The notes under the pieces: model-generated
The model's database searches: none
Told to the model about the DNA's origin: nothing
What the model saw: the letters and a program-made list of their open reading frames with translations, nothing else
Shown: one piece after another, positions 13,391 through 27,543 of the stretch
Position numbering within the stretch: the first letter of the stretch is position 1
Layout of the letters: each line of letters opens with the position of its first letter
NCBI RefSeq assembly: GCF_026210795.1
Contig: NC_089433.1
Coordinates: forward strand, 2,852,001-2,916,000
Direction: 5' to 3'
Length of the DNA stretch: 64,000 nt
Origin: Rhizophagus irregularis
Taxonomy: Eukaryota
Position numbers and translations under genes: made by a program

Positions 13391-16300
13391 AGTCAAGCTT
13401 TTGACGATCACATCAATTATTGTTTGAAGGCCAATCAAAATTTATCTAATTGATCATTATTACTGTGTCCTAAATTTGACACATGTAGCTCATAACTTTA
13501 TTTATTTGATGAATATGAACAAAATGAAGGGAGAGAAGGGAGTAAGTGGAAGGAGGAGGAAAGAGTGGGAAGAGTGAGGGCAATAGGAATGGAAAGGAGA
13601 GAGAGAGAAGAGTGAAAAGTGAGGGTCTGAGGGAATGTAAACCCTATAAAAAATTTTTTATCCATTATTTCTCCGTAGATTTCGTAAAAATTCCGTGAAA
13701 TGATACATTCATGGGTATCAGTGTTAGAGAGATGAAAATTTCCATATTAAGGCTATAAATTTCATGAAAATGATACATTCATGGAAAAAACATGGAAATA
13801 TAAACACGTATCAACATTTTTACATGGAGAATTAGAGACGAAGAGAGTGAAAAGTTTAAGAGTCAAAAGGAGTAAAAAGGAAGAGCGGGAAGTAGTAAGA
13901 GACGGCAAGAGTGAGGATTGTAAAATGTTCTTTGCGTCATTGATCAGGATTTTTATTTAATTTTAATTTTAATATTGACCGATTAGGGATGGGGACGAGC
14001 CAAGCAGAGTCCAACCGGTTCGGTTCCATAATCGGGTTTTGTCACTTCAACCCAGACCCAAGTGAGTACATATCAAAATTTATCAAAGCCGATTTGGAAC
14101 TGATGTACCAAACCGACCGACTTAAATCGCTCGATTACTCCGATAGCCGGCGCATTTTTGGCACACAAATACCCAAATAGCTAAATAGCTTTTTAAAGTA
14201 TTGAAACATACACTAGGTTGACTTATGCTTCCAGAAGGAATGTTATCCATTGCTTGACAACGAAGAAATAAATGAAAGAAAGGACTAGAGTATTCTTTAT
14301 AAATGATACGTTACATAGTGCATCATCTAAAGTGCATTAATTCCGGAATACAGCTAAATTATAGGTTCGATTTTTAATGAAAATCCTTGAGATGCTTAGT
14401 GACTTTGAATTTATGGGTATAGACATTAATTGAAGAAGCAAACATAGTATGTATACTTTTTTATTACTTAAAATATTTTTTACAGGATGTTAGAGTTGAA
14501 TGTTTTCTAACTTATCTCAATTTCTCAAACTAGTAAATTGCGAGGAAATTAAATTCATCAATTGATAATGTAAATTAAATTTCAGTTTAAGAAGGGTTGG
14601 CGTTAATTACTATTTATATAATAACATATTCATTTATGATTTATTTAAAATTTTAAATGGTTGATATAAAACCATAAACCTCGCTTTTAAGAATTTTTTA
14701 TATTTGATAGTAAGGATGATTAATAACAAAAAAATATAAAAATAATGATATTTTCTTCTGTGAAACAATTAAATATTATTTAATTTGCTGTATTTCGTAC
14801 TATTTTCAGAAACACCAATTGAAAGATGATAGGAAGATATGGCTTAATTATTTTTCTTTAGTCCAATCCTAAGTTAAAATGTATGGGAAAATATTTAGTC
14901 GTTATCAAATTTATCAAATTACAAATTTTTATCTGTAAACTGTAAATCTTTATTTTTCCTTAAAAACAAGGAAAATTTGTGCACTGCGCACCACAAACAT
15001 TCTAAAATTAGTACTACGCAATGATTACAAAATTGCAAAGAAAGCAGAGAAAGTCTTAATAAGGAGAACAATATTTTGTATCAATAACTTTATTTTGTTA
15101 TTTCAGTAAATCTATTCTATCCAGAACAACTATTTTAACTTCCACATGCAAAAAAAACCCTATTTTTTTCTCATTTTGAATTTACAAATTCGGCGATATT
15201 TCATCATTATGAATTTCCAAGTGCATAAAATGCATAATTAAGGTCAATTAAATAATTAATAATTCATTGTTTGCTGCAGGGATAAATTTCTTGTTCAATT
15301 ATAAGAAAATAAGTGAAAATAAAAAACTTAAGCTGGGAGTAGTAAATACCTATAATAATAATATATTAAACGAAAAAAAATAATTATAAATAAATTAAAT
15401 TACTTGAGAAGTATTCGAGTTTAATCTGTTTAATTTTTCGTAAATAAGCCTTTTTTTTTAATAAAAGAATTTTAAAGAATAAAAAAGTATCGAATCGTCC
15501 GTTACTTTTTTAAAAATATTTTTTTAAAAAAAAAAAAATTTTAAAAATTCGCAAATTTTTCTGCCCCCTGTCGATCACGTGTAATAAACATTCAAACAAA
15601 TAAAAGCGCAATTAAATCACTGTTCATTTTATTGCGTGTTTATGTTTTGCATAATTTAATAAACTTTATTAATGAATGAAACCTTTTTTTGTTTATATTT
15701 TTTGTAATATTCATCCAAAATAAATCGTGGGCACAATTTAATTGGTTATACGTTATATTTTATTTCCTTGTTACGATATCTTTAGGTGCTCATTTTTTCT
15801 TGGTATCCATGTACAACTAAGGTTACAGAAATACGGTACAAAGCCATCACCTAATATTTGTTATACAATTATTGAAAGATTATTTAATTCTGATGTTATC
15901 TGTCGGCCGTCACCGGGTCCCTTAAATAACACCGTATTTGAAATACAACCAGTCATGAAATTCTCACCTACCTGCCATTTTTGGTAGGGATTCGTAAAAA
16001 GTTTATTCAATCCCCAGATATTTATTGAAATAGAATTTTATAACTTGTATCATGTCATAATTTTATTACTAGTGCCCTATAAAAAATTTCATTTATCGGA
16101 GCTTTTCCTAGAAATTTTTTTATAGGAAGGTCTCTCGAATTATTTTCCAACGAACTAATCTTGGCTTTATAACGATAGAAATTTCTAACCTTCTAATTGC
16201 AAGAGTGAGCTAAATTTTTTTAAAGTTTTAGTAAAATGTGGTACTATTTTTTGTAAATTACGACATGAGTATAACATGCGCCCCTATGAAAAATTTATTT

Positions 16301-17175
16301 ATACAACCAAGTTCTCAAGCACCTCAATCGATAGACTTGATGAGTGATCTGAATTGGCCAAAAAAAAATATCCGAAAGCTTCAAAGAGTTTCGGAGAATT
16401 TCCCATTTGATGAACAACTAACGAGCTAAAAACCAACTTTTTTCTTTAATTGATAGAAACCGATCAATCATTTCAAATTATTTTATTTTTACGTAACAAA
16501 AATGAGTTTTTTCAATATAAAAAATTATTGATGCTTGAAACTTTCAAAAAAAATATATTTTTTTACTCATCATAAAAGGGTATGCTCAAGCTATCGTTAT
16601 TGATTGTGATACTATCTGATCAAAATTGAAGAAGATGCTTGAGAACAGTACTAAGGGAATACGCGTAAGGGAATACGCGTAATTGTATTAGTTTGTGTTA
16701 CAAAAAAAAGTACATTTACATTGACCTTCCTTTGAGTTTTCAGATTTCATAAAATAACGTTAAAAAAAAAAATATTTTTTTTTTTCAATAGGAAAAATCA
16801 CAACGTTTCCTTTTAACAAGCTGCTTTAACATAGATGATTTAATTCACTCTGTTATCATGATAAGTTAAAACTGAACAACTTAAATATCTATGAAAAATT
16901 GTCTTTTTAGTTTTTATGGGGATGCCGCGGAACGTCCATATTTAATATATTTAATATCATTTTCATTATTTTTTGTTCATTTTTTCGTATTTTTTTATTT
17001 TATTTTTATTTCTATATTTTATTTTTTATTGTTTTATCTTTTTTTTCATTTTTTTATCATATTATACTAGAAAGTTCCAACAACTCGCAGATCAATTTGT
17101 GCGACTAATATCTACTATTATTTCCGCAAAGAACACAAAAACACTACTCTCGACTTTATTTATAAATTTTTCTTA

Positions 17176-18386
17176 AGTGTACACTGTGAGTATCGAAATT
17201 TGTGTGTTAACTATTCTAAGAAAAAATTCTTGAGCCGTCAGATTAATCATTTATTAATTTCCTAGGTTAGAAGTCAAAGTTTTCTGATTTTTCATGCAAA
17301 TAACGCCTGGAAGTTGCTTCTCAAAAAATTAATACCAGCTTATGAAAATTTTACGGTAAAATTAATCAAGAATTATTATCTAATTTGAAGTGAAGTGCTT
17401 AAATTGTTATGATATAACATCTATTTATTATTACTTTATTATTTATGCGCCTCGTGTTTTTTTAATTAAGCCATCGCACTTTTTCTTAATGTAACGAAAT
17501 GAATGCTTGGAATCAACGAGTCTTAATCCTCTGCTTATGGTCTTGCGTCTAGCACTCAGGTTTTGTGGGCGCGGTTTGTGTCGATCTTCACTATATAAGG
17601 AACAAGTGACATTTAAGTGGCGTGCAGCCACGAGTTCAAAAACATTAAGTATCTGAGGGACTTAGTTTTTTTTTTAGTGTCAAAAATTTATTTGTCACCC
17701 CCGTGATACAAAAAACCGCGCCACAAAACCTGGGTGCTTGGGTCTATTGTCGTGATGCCTAGACACATTTTGTCAATGGCGTCCAAGAATATTTAAGGAG
17801 AAACTAGCTTTCCTGGATGAGGGTTAGCTGCCGTGGCTCCTATCATGGAAGTAATAAATTAGTATTTTGTTTTTTAACAATACTAAGATCTTTTCTTATA
17901 GTTTCTCCCATATGGTTCAAAAATGGGTTGAGTATTTGACTAAATTACTAAACAAACGTATTTGATTTCAGTATATGACGAATTGAAAGTTGAAAAAATC
18001 GTGTTTTCTGAAAAAAAAAAGAGAATACATACTGTAAGTTCATGATCATATGATTGACTAATAACTCTATGCCGGATTACTAATGTTTTGATCCAACTTT
18101 TTTAGGACTGTACGTACAATTGATATCTTCACAAAGAGTATAAAAGCAATATAAATCGGAAAATTTCTCACAAATGTATACTGTGAGTATCAAATTTTGC
18201 GCGTTAACTATTTTATGATATTATAACTCTATTCTGTATATCTAGATAATTCCAAGAAAAATTACTTTGAGGAAGTTGAATCAGATTGGTCGCTTATTAA
18301 TTTTCTAGGTTGGAGATTAAAGTTTTCTGGCTTTTAGACAAGTGAACATAGCGCCTGGAAGTCGCTTCAAAAAATTATTAATACCA
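17176..18386. repeat. Diverged direct repeat pair (~17176-17337 and ~18175-18386)
   Basis: Blocks ACTGTGAGTATC..GTTAACTATT, TTATTAATTT.CTAGGTT.GA, AAAGTTTTCTG, CGCCTGGAAGT.GCTTC and TTAATACCA occur in the same order in both copies. Confidence 0.6.
17552..17737. mobile_element. Mutator-like MITE (186 bp), copy 1
   Basis: TIR GCACTCAGGTTTTGTGGGCGCGGTTT / AAACCGCGCCACAAAACCTGGGTGC. 9-bp TSD TTGCGTCTA (17543-17551) / TTGGGTCTA (17738-17746). Second copy at 30134-30319. Confidence 0.85.
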
Positions 18387-18684
18387 TGTCATTCCTGTAA
18401 AAAATTCCGTGAATATGATACATTTACGGAAATAACATGATAAATAACGTGGAATAAAAAAATACGGACAACACAGTTATTGGATATGGTGGTTAAAATA
18501 TCATCTGAAGTATTCCGAACTGCGAATTAGTTCGGTAAAATTTTAAATAATTTTTCTTTATAAAAAAAGCATTTCATTCATTTATTTATTAAAGTCTGTT
18601 AAGAATTAAACATTTTAAATATCGATGAAAGAAATTAATTACAAAATTTTAATTTAATTTAATTTTTATTCTATTGTATGAGGT

Positions 18685-20193
18685 TTATTTCCTAACAATT
18701 TGATATACTTCATAATCTTCTGCTAAGAATGTATCTTCGGTATCTCTTAATCTTCTTTCATAATGAATATTTCTACAGCGAAATTCATCATAGTCTGAGG
18801 ACTCATTGGGAGCCCGTATAATAAGATCATAGCCAAAATATGGCCCACGGACTTTGCTATTAAGTGCTGCAAAACATATATTTTTTACATAACTAATAAT
18901 CGCATCTTTAAAGAGGTTATTCTTGTTGTTAAAAGTAAATATAAAACTATCTTTAGTTTCACCCCAAGTTTCGGAAGATTCCCATTTTAAAGGATTATAT
19001 CCACCAATAATCTTTTGCGTCTCTTTTACTTTAATAAAGGTGACAGTATTTGATTTATTATCACACAAAGTATGAAATTTTTTAGGAGTAAATCCGTCTC
19101 GGCTTCCTCTTAATAACAATTTAAATTTATATGGTAAATAAAATTCTCTTAAATGAGAAACTTTATGATTAACATCCACTTTATCGATCCATCTTGAAAT
19201 AATTGAAACAATATTTAAATTAACAATTGTTGAATCAATAATTCCATGATTTTCATCACTATAAATATTTCTAGGAAGTGATATGTTGTCATTTGGTTCG
19301 CTATCAGGATTTAAGTGAGAATTTAATAATTCTTCATAAAATTGAGATCTTAAGAGTTTTTTATAAGGATGAACTTTCTGTAAGAACTCTTTAGATGATA
19401 AACAAAAAAATCTAATAAATGATAAACAATGTTGTAAAGTATTTTCTATTGTCTTGAAGTCATTATCAGACCAAGTATTAGGATCTTCAAGAAGCGTAGG
19501 ATTTTGTGCGATACCCCATTTTAATACATGTTCCCAAACATCAATTTCTTTCATTTGTAAATCATCTCTTTTAATAACTTGAACTAAAGATGTTTCAGGA
19601 ATTGAAGTGAAATCAAGTGATTTAAATATTTTATGTGGAGACTTTGCCATCAAGTTCGTACAGAATTGTTGAATTTCTGTTAAAGAAGTAAATTGAAAGC
19701 TTGTTCGATGAATAAGTTCAAAATGTTGTTCCATCCATTGAGATTCATTATTAATTAAATAATTTTGTAAATAATCAACTAATTCTTGAAGAAGAAGTTC
19801 ATTTGCAGCTAGTAGGACCTTGAAAACATCTAAAGTGTCTTGTCCATTTAATGAAAGAACACCGCCATAAATATACCTATATTTTAAATATTTTTTTATT
19901 AATTATGGACATATTAAATTCATTAAATGTTTTATAACTTACCTTAAAATAATCATAAAGGTATCCGGTGATATATCTGATAATTTAAAATGAGATATAC
20001 CATTATCATTATTCTTTTTATTTGAAACCAAAGCTCTTCGTAAATATGGAGAACGGGAACACAAAATATTCATATGCGCACGAAAAAATTTTACATTAGG
20101 GTCTTCTCCAACTTCAATTGTGATATCATAATATTCATTGTTTTCCAATAATTCAATATAGTTTTGACTTAATTTCGTAAAAAATGTTGACAT
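18685..20193 (-). CDS. BTB/POZ-BACK-TLDc domain protein, 480 aa; exons 20193-19943 and 19876-18685
   Basis: BTB start (YYDITIEVGEDPNVKFFRAHMNILCSRSPY...ILR|YIYGG), BACK (KRDDLQMKEIDVWEHVLKWG) and TLDc (LLRGSRDGFTPKKFHTLCD, IIGGYNP, DSFIF, GPYFG, EDYEVYQ). A 66-bp GT-AG intron gives a 1443-nt CDS in frame. Confidence 0.92.
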
Positions 20194-21367
20194 GGTTTAT
20201 TTTATTTTATTTATTCGTTTATTTTTTTAAAAAAATTTTAACAGTTAAAGGGAAATGAAACCTTTTTTTTTTGAAGATCGTTTTGTAATCGGTTTACTTA
20301 TATGTAATTGCTTTAGATATGGTTAGATCCACATTTCAATGCCTGCTTTTCTTTCTAAACTAGGAAACGGAAACCGTTATTAAGTCCGAAGTGCCATTTT
20401 TTTGTTGCACAATGTCACATGCGAAGCAAAAATATCATTGTTATTTTTTCTTTTTATATATCAAGAAATGACACTTTTGCCGGACGGACATCCGGACATT
20501 GCAAAACAACTTGCGTATAAATATATAGTCCTTCGTTACACTTAGACTAATAATTTTTTTTTTTGTTTACAAAATGTTTACTATTACTTTTAAATTATTC
20601 TATCATCAGTGAAAAGAATTGAACAAATTTCAAGGGATATACTCTAATCCGACAAGTATGTTAACAAGCATAATGAAGTCACAGCAACGACAGCATATAG
20701 AACTTCCTAGAGATCCCATCGGTACTATGTGTTCATCGATGGTCAATAATTCTACCGTATAGATAAAGTATAAAATCTATAAATCCATCGTACTAATACA
20801 CAATGAGATAGTGTAAGATGTACTTCTCCCTTCCTCCAAGACATCGGTGGATATTTTAGTTATTCATTGATATTCATGGAATAACAAGTATCTAATTCAT
20901 CAATATCCAATAACAAGAATTTATTGGGAATATGATCTGACTCTGTAGATTTGTAGCATATTTCCAAAATTTTAATCTCAAAATCATCACGTAACAAATA
21001 TTCAAAATTTTATACAACCATTTTGACACATATGTTCGATTAAAAATTAGAAACAGCGGATATTATTGTTAGACCAAAGTTATCCATTCTTGGACTTTGG
21101 AATACATAGAGAATTTTATAAGGCGTAGTGTATGTTATTTTTGTTTGACAAGTCATACATAATTTTTGTTATAAAGCACCGGTCACTAAATACATTTAGT
21201 TGAAGTCACATAAGTAAAGGTGAAGCTAATTTTATATTATATTTTCTAATAGGTTACTAAAAAAATTTATATTACTATTACATTGTTTCTAATAGTATTA
21301 TATTACAATTACATTATTTGGAAAATTTACATAAGCCGTATGATCATTGAAAAAAGCTATTAGGGAG

Positions 21368-23729
21368 TTATGTCCTCCGGCTCCTTAAAGTTAAAAAACA
21401 TGAGAACTCGAACAGTTCGGTATTATAAATATTAAATGGAACATTAGATGGACTTACCAGCTGATTTGGTTTTAATAATTTCACCAACTGATTAATAACG
21501 GTAAACCTCCACCTCGATCTACAACGACAAGAAACATACCTCACATCAGCCTTCGCCGACCAACTGAGAGAGTGGAAGAAGGAGGAAGGTAACATGGATG
21601 GATTCCCAGCAATATACCGCATCAAAGGATACTTTACTTCTGAAATAGAAGTAAAGTGGGGTCTCCTCTCGTTTAAAACTAAACCACATGTTATAGTAGG
21701 ATCAAGCATATGGATCTCACTAGGTGCCAAGGATATAAAAAGGCAACATATAATAATTTGCCTTGATAAAGGCATAGTAAAGGTAGGGAAACTACCTTCG
21801 CCACCATCACAAAGAAAGAAGCCTAATCGATATGGGGCTAAGAAGGGAAGAATACCAAGGTCCTGACTATCCAATGGTCACAAGAAGACCCCGATCATTA
21901 TTGGGGACCATCAACATCAAGGGATCAAGATACAGGTGGAGACTGGTCGACACCAGTCTATGACTACTATGATCGGCTGATTGTCTAGTGCAGCTTGGTT
22001 CGGAACTGCGCGTTGAGGACGGAGTGCTTCGAGACGTTGTCTCATAATATCTTCGATCACTTGATGATCGATATCGTTCAAATCCAGGTTGTAAAATGCT
22101 CCCGCATTCGGATTACCTCTGGATCATATGCTAGTTCGTCTGAGAACCATTCCGGATGTTCTATGAGGGCCAACTCCCACTGTTTTCGAGAGGTAAATTG
22201 ATTTGGTTGCGTTGGAGGCTTGGAACTGCTATCGGATTATCCTCTTCTTGGATCGACCTCTAAGTCGTCCTCGCTCAAGGATATTTGGTGGAGGATTTCT
22301 AACATATCCTCTTCTTCATGATATCTTGGATTGGTTTATACCAATCTGAGTGTCCCTCAATTTCTAACAATTGGCACCGTATATCGAGAAATATCCAATC
22401 AGATGTGTAGTATAGCACTTTACGTCTGCATATACATCCAATCACGAATAAAGGATTTCACATAAATAAACTGTACACTTGAACAATAATTGAGATAACC
22501 TTTTATTACTTTTAATAAAACTTTATTAACTATCGTTATCTGTTGTTATCTGAAAGAAATCTTATTACTAAAATATTGACCTGTATTTATATTTTATAAT
22601 AAAATTATACATATACTAAGTTACTAATAAATTTAACATGTTTAACATATTTAACAAATTATACATATTTGACAAATTTAATATATCCAATATATCTAAT
22701 ATATTTTATATGTTTGATATGTTCGATATGTCAATCATATTAAACATGTCAAACTTTCGATCAATTCCGAACCGGCACATGATGATCACATGACATTATC
22801 GTAAAAGGTTCAACATCCTGCTACTCCTATTCCTGCTGCCACTGTCCTAAGGCAAGTGGTGGGTACACTGGTCATATCGCTCCCCCATATTATCATTGAT
22901 GACTTCATGGTCTCCTTCTACATGGAGATACCAATATTCAAGTGCTGGTTGTTAATAAGTTTCGTCCTACGGTCCTAGTATTTCTATTGACCATGGGGCA
23001 TAATTGTTAACAGCTGCATTTCCGGGAGTAGTATTTACTGCTCCTACTGCTGCTGTTCCTGCTTGTCCTCCTCCAAAAGCTGCCCACAAATTCCTGGTCG
23101 AGCCGTTGTGAACAGATCCGCTAATGCTCCTATAAATTTCATACGTTCGGCCCTTCTAGTTTCGGGTGTTTCTCCTAACCCATTGAATATAGCGTATTCC
23201 GAATGCTTCAGATATGTCCTTCGGTTTGAAGAATTTAATGCTACTACATTAAAATTCGCATTCAATGCTCCTCCTGCGGCTGCTGCTGCATTGGTACAGG
23301 ACTTCGTAAATTATTTAAGAGATTTGGTACTTGTGCTTGGTTAACAATTAAATTTGCTGCTGTTCGTCGAAAAAGACCTCTTATTACTACTGCTGGTGCA
23401 GGTGGTAATGGACTATTTGCGTAATTAATCAATATAGGAACGCAAACTCGTCTGATATGTACGTTATTAGTACGTTATTACAGTTTCCTGTTTTTACTGT
23501 AAAAACTAATCCCTGATTTTGAGATTCTTGTATCGCGGTTATAACACTCTTCTAGGGCAAAGTTTAAGAAAAATGAATTGTCATATCCTGTATTATCGGA
23601 TAATTCGATTGCCCTGTATAAATAATTAAATCCTAATGGTGTATCTCTTACGTCTACTAAAACTCCTCCCGTTATTGGTCGTAAGAAGTTATTTGTTGCT
23701 ACGGGCAAGTTGTCTTGCTGGAACTCCAT
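21368..23729 (-). pseudogene. GC-elevated island of decayed, intronless minus-strand ORFs of unknown origin (probable mobile-element cargo)
   Basis: ORF fragments 23478-23729, ~22810-23420 (Ala/Gly-rich, frameshifted) and ~21368-22380 (frameshifted) are all on the minus strand. GC is well above the flanks and no introns are evident. No family recognised. Confidence 0.4.
22630..22753. repeat. Degenerate ~9-bp periodic array (TTTAACATR-like) with inverted ends
   Basis: TTTAACATG TTTAACATA TTTAACAAA TTATACATA TTTGACAAA TTTAATATA TCCAATATA TCTAATATA TTTTATATG TTTGATATG TTCGATATG ... TTAAACATGTCAAA. Confidence 0.6.
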
Positions 23730-24630
23730 TCTTACAAGCTTTCCTTATATTCTATTAATGCTAGAAGTTTGACAGATAATGTTTTAGTATATTGAGATTT
23801 TGTAAGTGTTCTAGTTATTATAAATAAATACCTAAAACTTCGTCTTCGTCTTCAAATGGCTCCCCGGCCTCTTCACTCTTTTAATGCAGTTAAATTAAAA
23901 GATTTTTTAGCGCATTCCTCCAAAAGTTCTTTCTTTCCTGGCTTTTGTAGTAATTCTAAAGCTTATGTACACACAATAAATTAAAGAGTTAAAAAGCTGA
24001 TTTATTTGTACTATACTTTATTAAACATAAAGACTTTCACTTTTACTAAAAAAAATAAAATTATATACAATATAGTTAATATAGTACAAAATTTAAAATG
24101 TTAAATAATCAAATCCGAGTATGAAGTTTTGATGTATAATTAGTATTTCGTTTGCAAAATCTTTATACAAACATTTACGTTAAATAAAAAAACCGAACAA
24201 TATAATTTTTACTTAGTCAGCCAAAGTTTATAATTTAGTTCGTTCAAAGTTCTCAGACTATATGTGTAAAAGAGCGCCATTAATTAAAATTATTAAAAAA
24301 ATTAAATATACATTAAAAACATAGTATTTATTCAAAAACAATTTCATATCTTTTAAAATTAAGGCAAATAACAACGTGAAAAGTAGAGAGTTAAAAATAA
24401 AATCAAATTTTTTTATTTTACTTTATTACAAATAAAGAGAAACATAGGTAGAGATGAATTACAATGTAGGCAAAAGCCAAAAACGTCGATATACAATATA
24501 AGATATCGTCCCGACGTCCTGGTCGTCCCGTACTAAAACAAGTCACGTGAAGATGAAGATCGTCGGCTGACACTATTTGTAATTCTGACCAGCTTTTCGA
24601 TCTAAAACCTGACGAAAGTAATTTTAAGGT

Positions 24631-26128
24631 TTATCTGGTTAATTGGAAAACTTCATATTCATCTATTTGGAAATTTTCTCCTGTATCTCTTAAATTTTTC
24701 TCATAATCAACCTTTTTACAGTTAATAATACTATAATCCGCCGATTCTTCAGTAGAATTCATAAACACATCGTCACCGAAGCACGGTCCATTACAAGGGA
24801 AATTGTTTATTGCCCTGGATAAATTTTCTATTTTACTAATAATAACATCTTTAAAAAACATATTTTCCTTCTTAAAAGAAAATATAAAACTATCTTTCGT
24901 ATTTCCCCAAGTATCAGAATTTTCCCATTTTAAAGGATTATATCCACCAATAATTTCTTCCGTTTCTTTTACTTTAATAAATACGACGGTATTTGGTTTA
25001 TTATCACATAATTCATGAAATCTTTTAGGAGTAAATCCGTCTCGACTTCCTCTTAGTAACAATTCAAGTTTATATGGTAAATATAATTCTCTTATTTGAG
25101 CAAATTTGTTATCTATAATAACTTTTTTATCAATACATTTAGAAATATGTGAAATAATCAAATTATTAACAATGTTTGAATCAATTTCAATATTTCTAGG
25201 AAATGAAATATCATCATTTGGTTTACTATCAGGATCTAATTGAGAATTTAATAATTCTTCATAAAATTGAGATCTTAAGAGTTTTTTATAAGGATGAACT
25301 TTCTGCAAGAACTCTTTAGATGATAAACAAAAAAATCTAATAAATGGTAAACAATGTTGTAAAGTATTTTCTATTGTCTTGAAGTCATTATCAGACCAAG
25401 TATTAGGATCTTCAAGAAGCGTAGGATTTTGTGCGATACCCCATTTCAATACACGTTCCCAAACATCAATTTCATTCATTTGTAAATCATCTCTTTTAAT
25501 AAGTTGAACTAAAGATCTTTCAGGTATTGAAGTGAAATCAAGTGAATTAAATATTTTATCTGGAGATTTTGCCATCAAATTCGTACAGAATTGTTGAATT
25601 ACTGTTAGAGAAGTAAATTGAAAGCTCGTTCTATGAACAAGTTCAAAATGTTGTTCAATCCATTGAGATTCATTTTCAATTAAATAATTTTGTAAATAAT
25701 CAACTAGTTCTTGAAGAAGAAGCTCATCTGCAGCTAGTAGGACCTTAAGAACATCTGAAGCTTCTAATTCATTCAATGGAAGAATACCGCCGTAAATATA
25801 CCTATATTATATTTTAAATATTTTTAAAAACAGTTAAAAGATTATGATATATTAAATTTATTAAAAAATGTATATAATTTAACCTTAAAATAATTTGAAA
25901 AATTTCTGGTGATATATTCGGTAATTCAGTGGCTAAAACATTATCATCATTCTTTGAAGTCAAAGCTCTTCGTAAATGTGGAGAGCGGGAACACAAAATA
26001 CTCTTATGCGCACGAATAAATTTCACATTAGGATCTTTTCCAACTTCAACTGTGATATCGTAATATTCACCGTTTTCCAATAATTCAATGTAGTTTTTAC
26101 TTAATTTTGGAAGAAATTGGGTTGCCAT
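24631..26128 (-). CDS. BTB/POZ-BACK-TLDc domain protein, 471 aa; exons 26128-25884 and 25801-24631
   Basis: Same architecture and intron position (ILR|YIYGG) as 18685-20193. The spliced CDS is 1416 nt in frame, with TLDc motifs intact. Confidence 0.92.
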
Positions 26129-26750
26129 TTTAAATTTTTTTTTAAAAAAGTGTTACGGTAAAGGAAAAAAATTTTTTTTAAATCGGGTTGAAAGATTTAT
26201 AGTAATTGACTCCCTTAAACTTTATTGAATCAATTATTTATAGTTACAGAAATAATGCTATATATTGTGTTCTAGTACATTATAGGCGGAATTACTCCTC
26301 TACAATAATATTATTACAATGACAACCTACGCAACGAGTGGAATATAGTAATGATGTGCAGATATGGCTAAATTAATATCTTAAATTTTACGCCACATTA
26401 CAATTAATGATGTATTGCTTATATGCATATGCCAAAGTTGTCTGGGTGGTTTTACTATTGAGCCGGTAGTTCTTTAAAGTTTGTAATTTTTTGTATCAAT
26501 GGTTTTATACTGTTTATTTAATAAATTGACTTACGATCTTAGCGTAATAAAAAAAAGGAATGATGTATTGGCTTAAACCATACAAGTTGAATATGATACT
26601 TATTTCTTTTACATTCTTCTCGTGAGATCATTATATTATTTAAAGTTACCACATTTTATATCAAATAAAACAGTAAAATTGAAATCAAAAAAGTAATAAA
26701 GCAATTTTGTGTGAAAATGTAATAAAAAAAACATCATACTTATCGATTTT

Positions 26751-26891
26751 CATTACAGGAACTTAATTTCCTTAATATGCAGTAACTGTATTGTAACTGC
26801 ATCGTAGTCATACAGTAACTACATAATGTAATAGTAACCGCATTGTAAACACGCAGTTACTGCATATTAAGGAAATTAAGTTTCTGCAATG
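26751..26891. mobile_element. Foldback MITE (141 bp, ~38-bp TIRs, CACTA-like CATT...AATG ends)
   Basis: CATTACAGGAACTTAATTTCCTTAATATGCAGTAACTG matches the reverse complement of the right end with 2 mismatches. Internal GTAAC repeats. TTT on both sides, a possible 3-bp TSD. Confidence 0.7.
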
Positions 26892-27543
26892 TTTGCGACG
26901 AAGTATGGACATTCATTATTAAGAATTCTGGAACGTCTGTTGATAAAATCAAGATTGTAGCTTGAGAAACTGAAAACAAATTAAAAATATATTTTGATTT
27001 CAATTTATTTTCCGCTGCCTTTTTTTATTTGGTGGGAAATCCTTTTAATAATATATATATATAAGAGCCATCGTTCTCAAGCAGGGGTTCCCCATATATT
27101 ATATATTTATATTTATAATTATATTTATTTATTTGTAAAATAAAATATTATTCCGATAGATCTCAACAAATTAGATGATTATTAAAAAAGTATTATTCCA
27201 ATTGATCTTAACAAATTATTATAAATTTTATTAAAATAATTGATTGCATTATTAATAGAAGCCAATTAATTTTGCTTTGTTTTTTCATCTTCCTTTATTT
27301 TTAATATATGAAAAAAAACCAACAAATGTATAAATTATTATCTATTATTAAAATTTACCTTTATCATAACCACCTTCAGTATAAAAGTTATTTAACAAAT
27401 TGATTAGGAATACGATTACGATTTCGATTAGAATTAGGTTTAGAATTAGGATATCGTATTATAAATCTAAATCATTACGATCACTTCATAGAAGTTATGC
27501 CTTTTTTATTAACAAAAAAAAAAATAAAAAAAACTACATCATG

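Noticed and set aside
13525..13640. Purine-rich GA tract (possible triplex-forming DNA)
   Set aside because: Imperfect, without mirror symmetry, and probably internal low-complexity sequence of a decayed transposon.
11941..17176. Hydrophobic short ORFs such as 11941-12162 and 16973-17176 (also 5759-5947 and 48237-48470)
   Set aside because: They are translations of T-rich or microsatellite low-complexity DNA.
20640..21130. Coding-like composition upstream of the first BTB gene
   Set aside because: The frames I translated are interrupted by stops and show no recognisable motif.
24465..24571. TG...CA-bounded GC-rich segment resembling a solo LTR
   Set aside because: No matching TSD (TACAA vs CTATT), no second copy, and no PBS or PPT.
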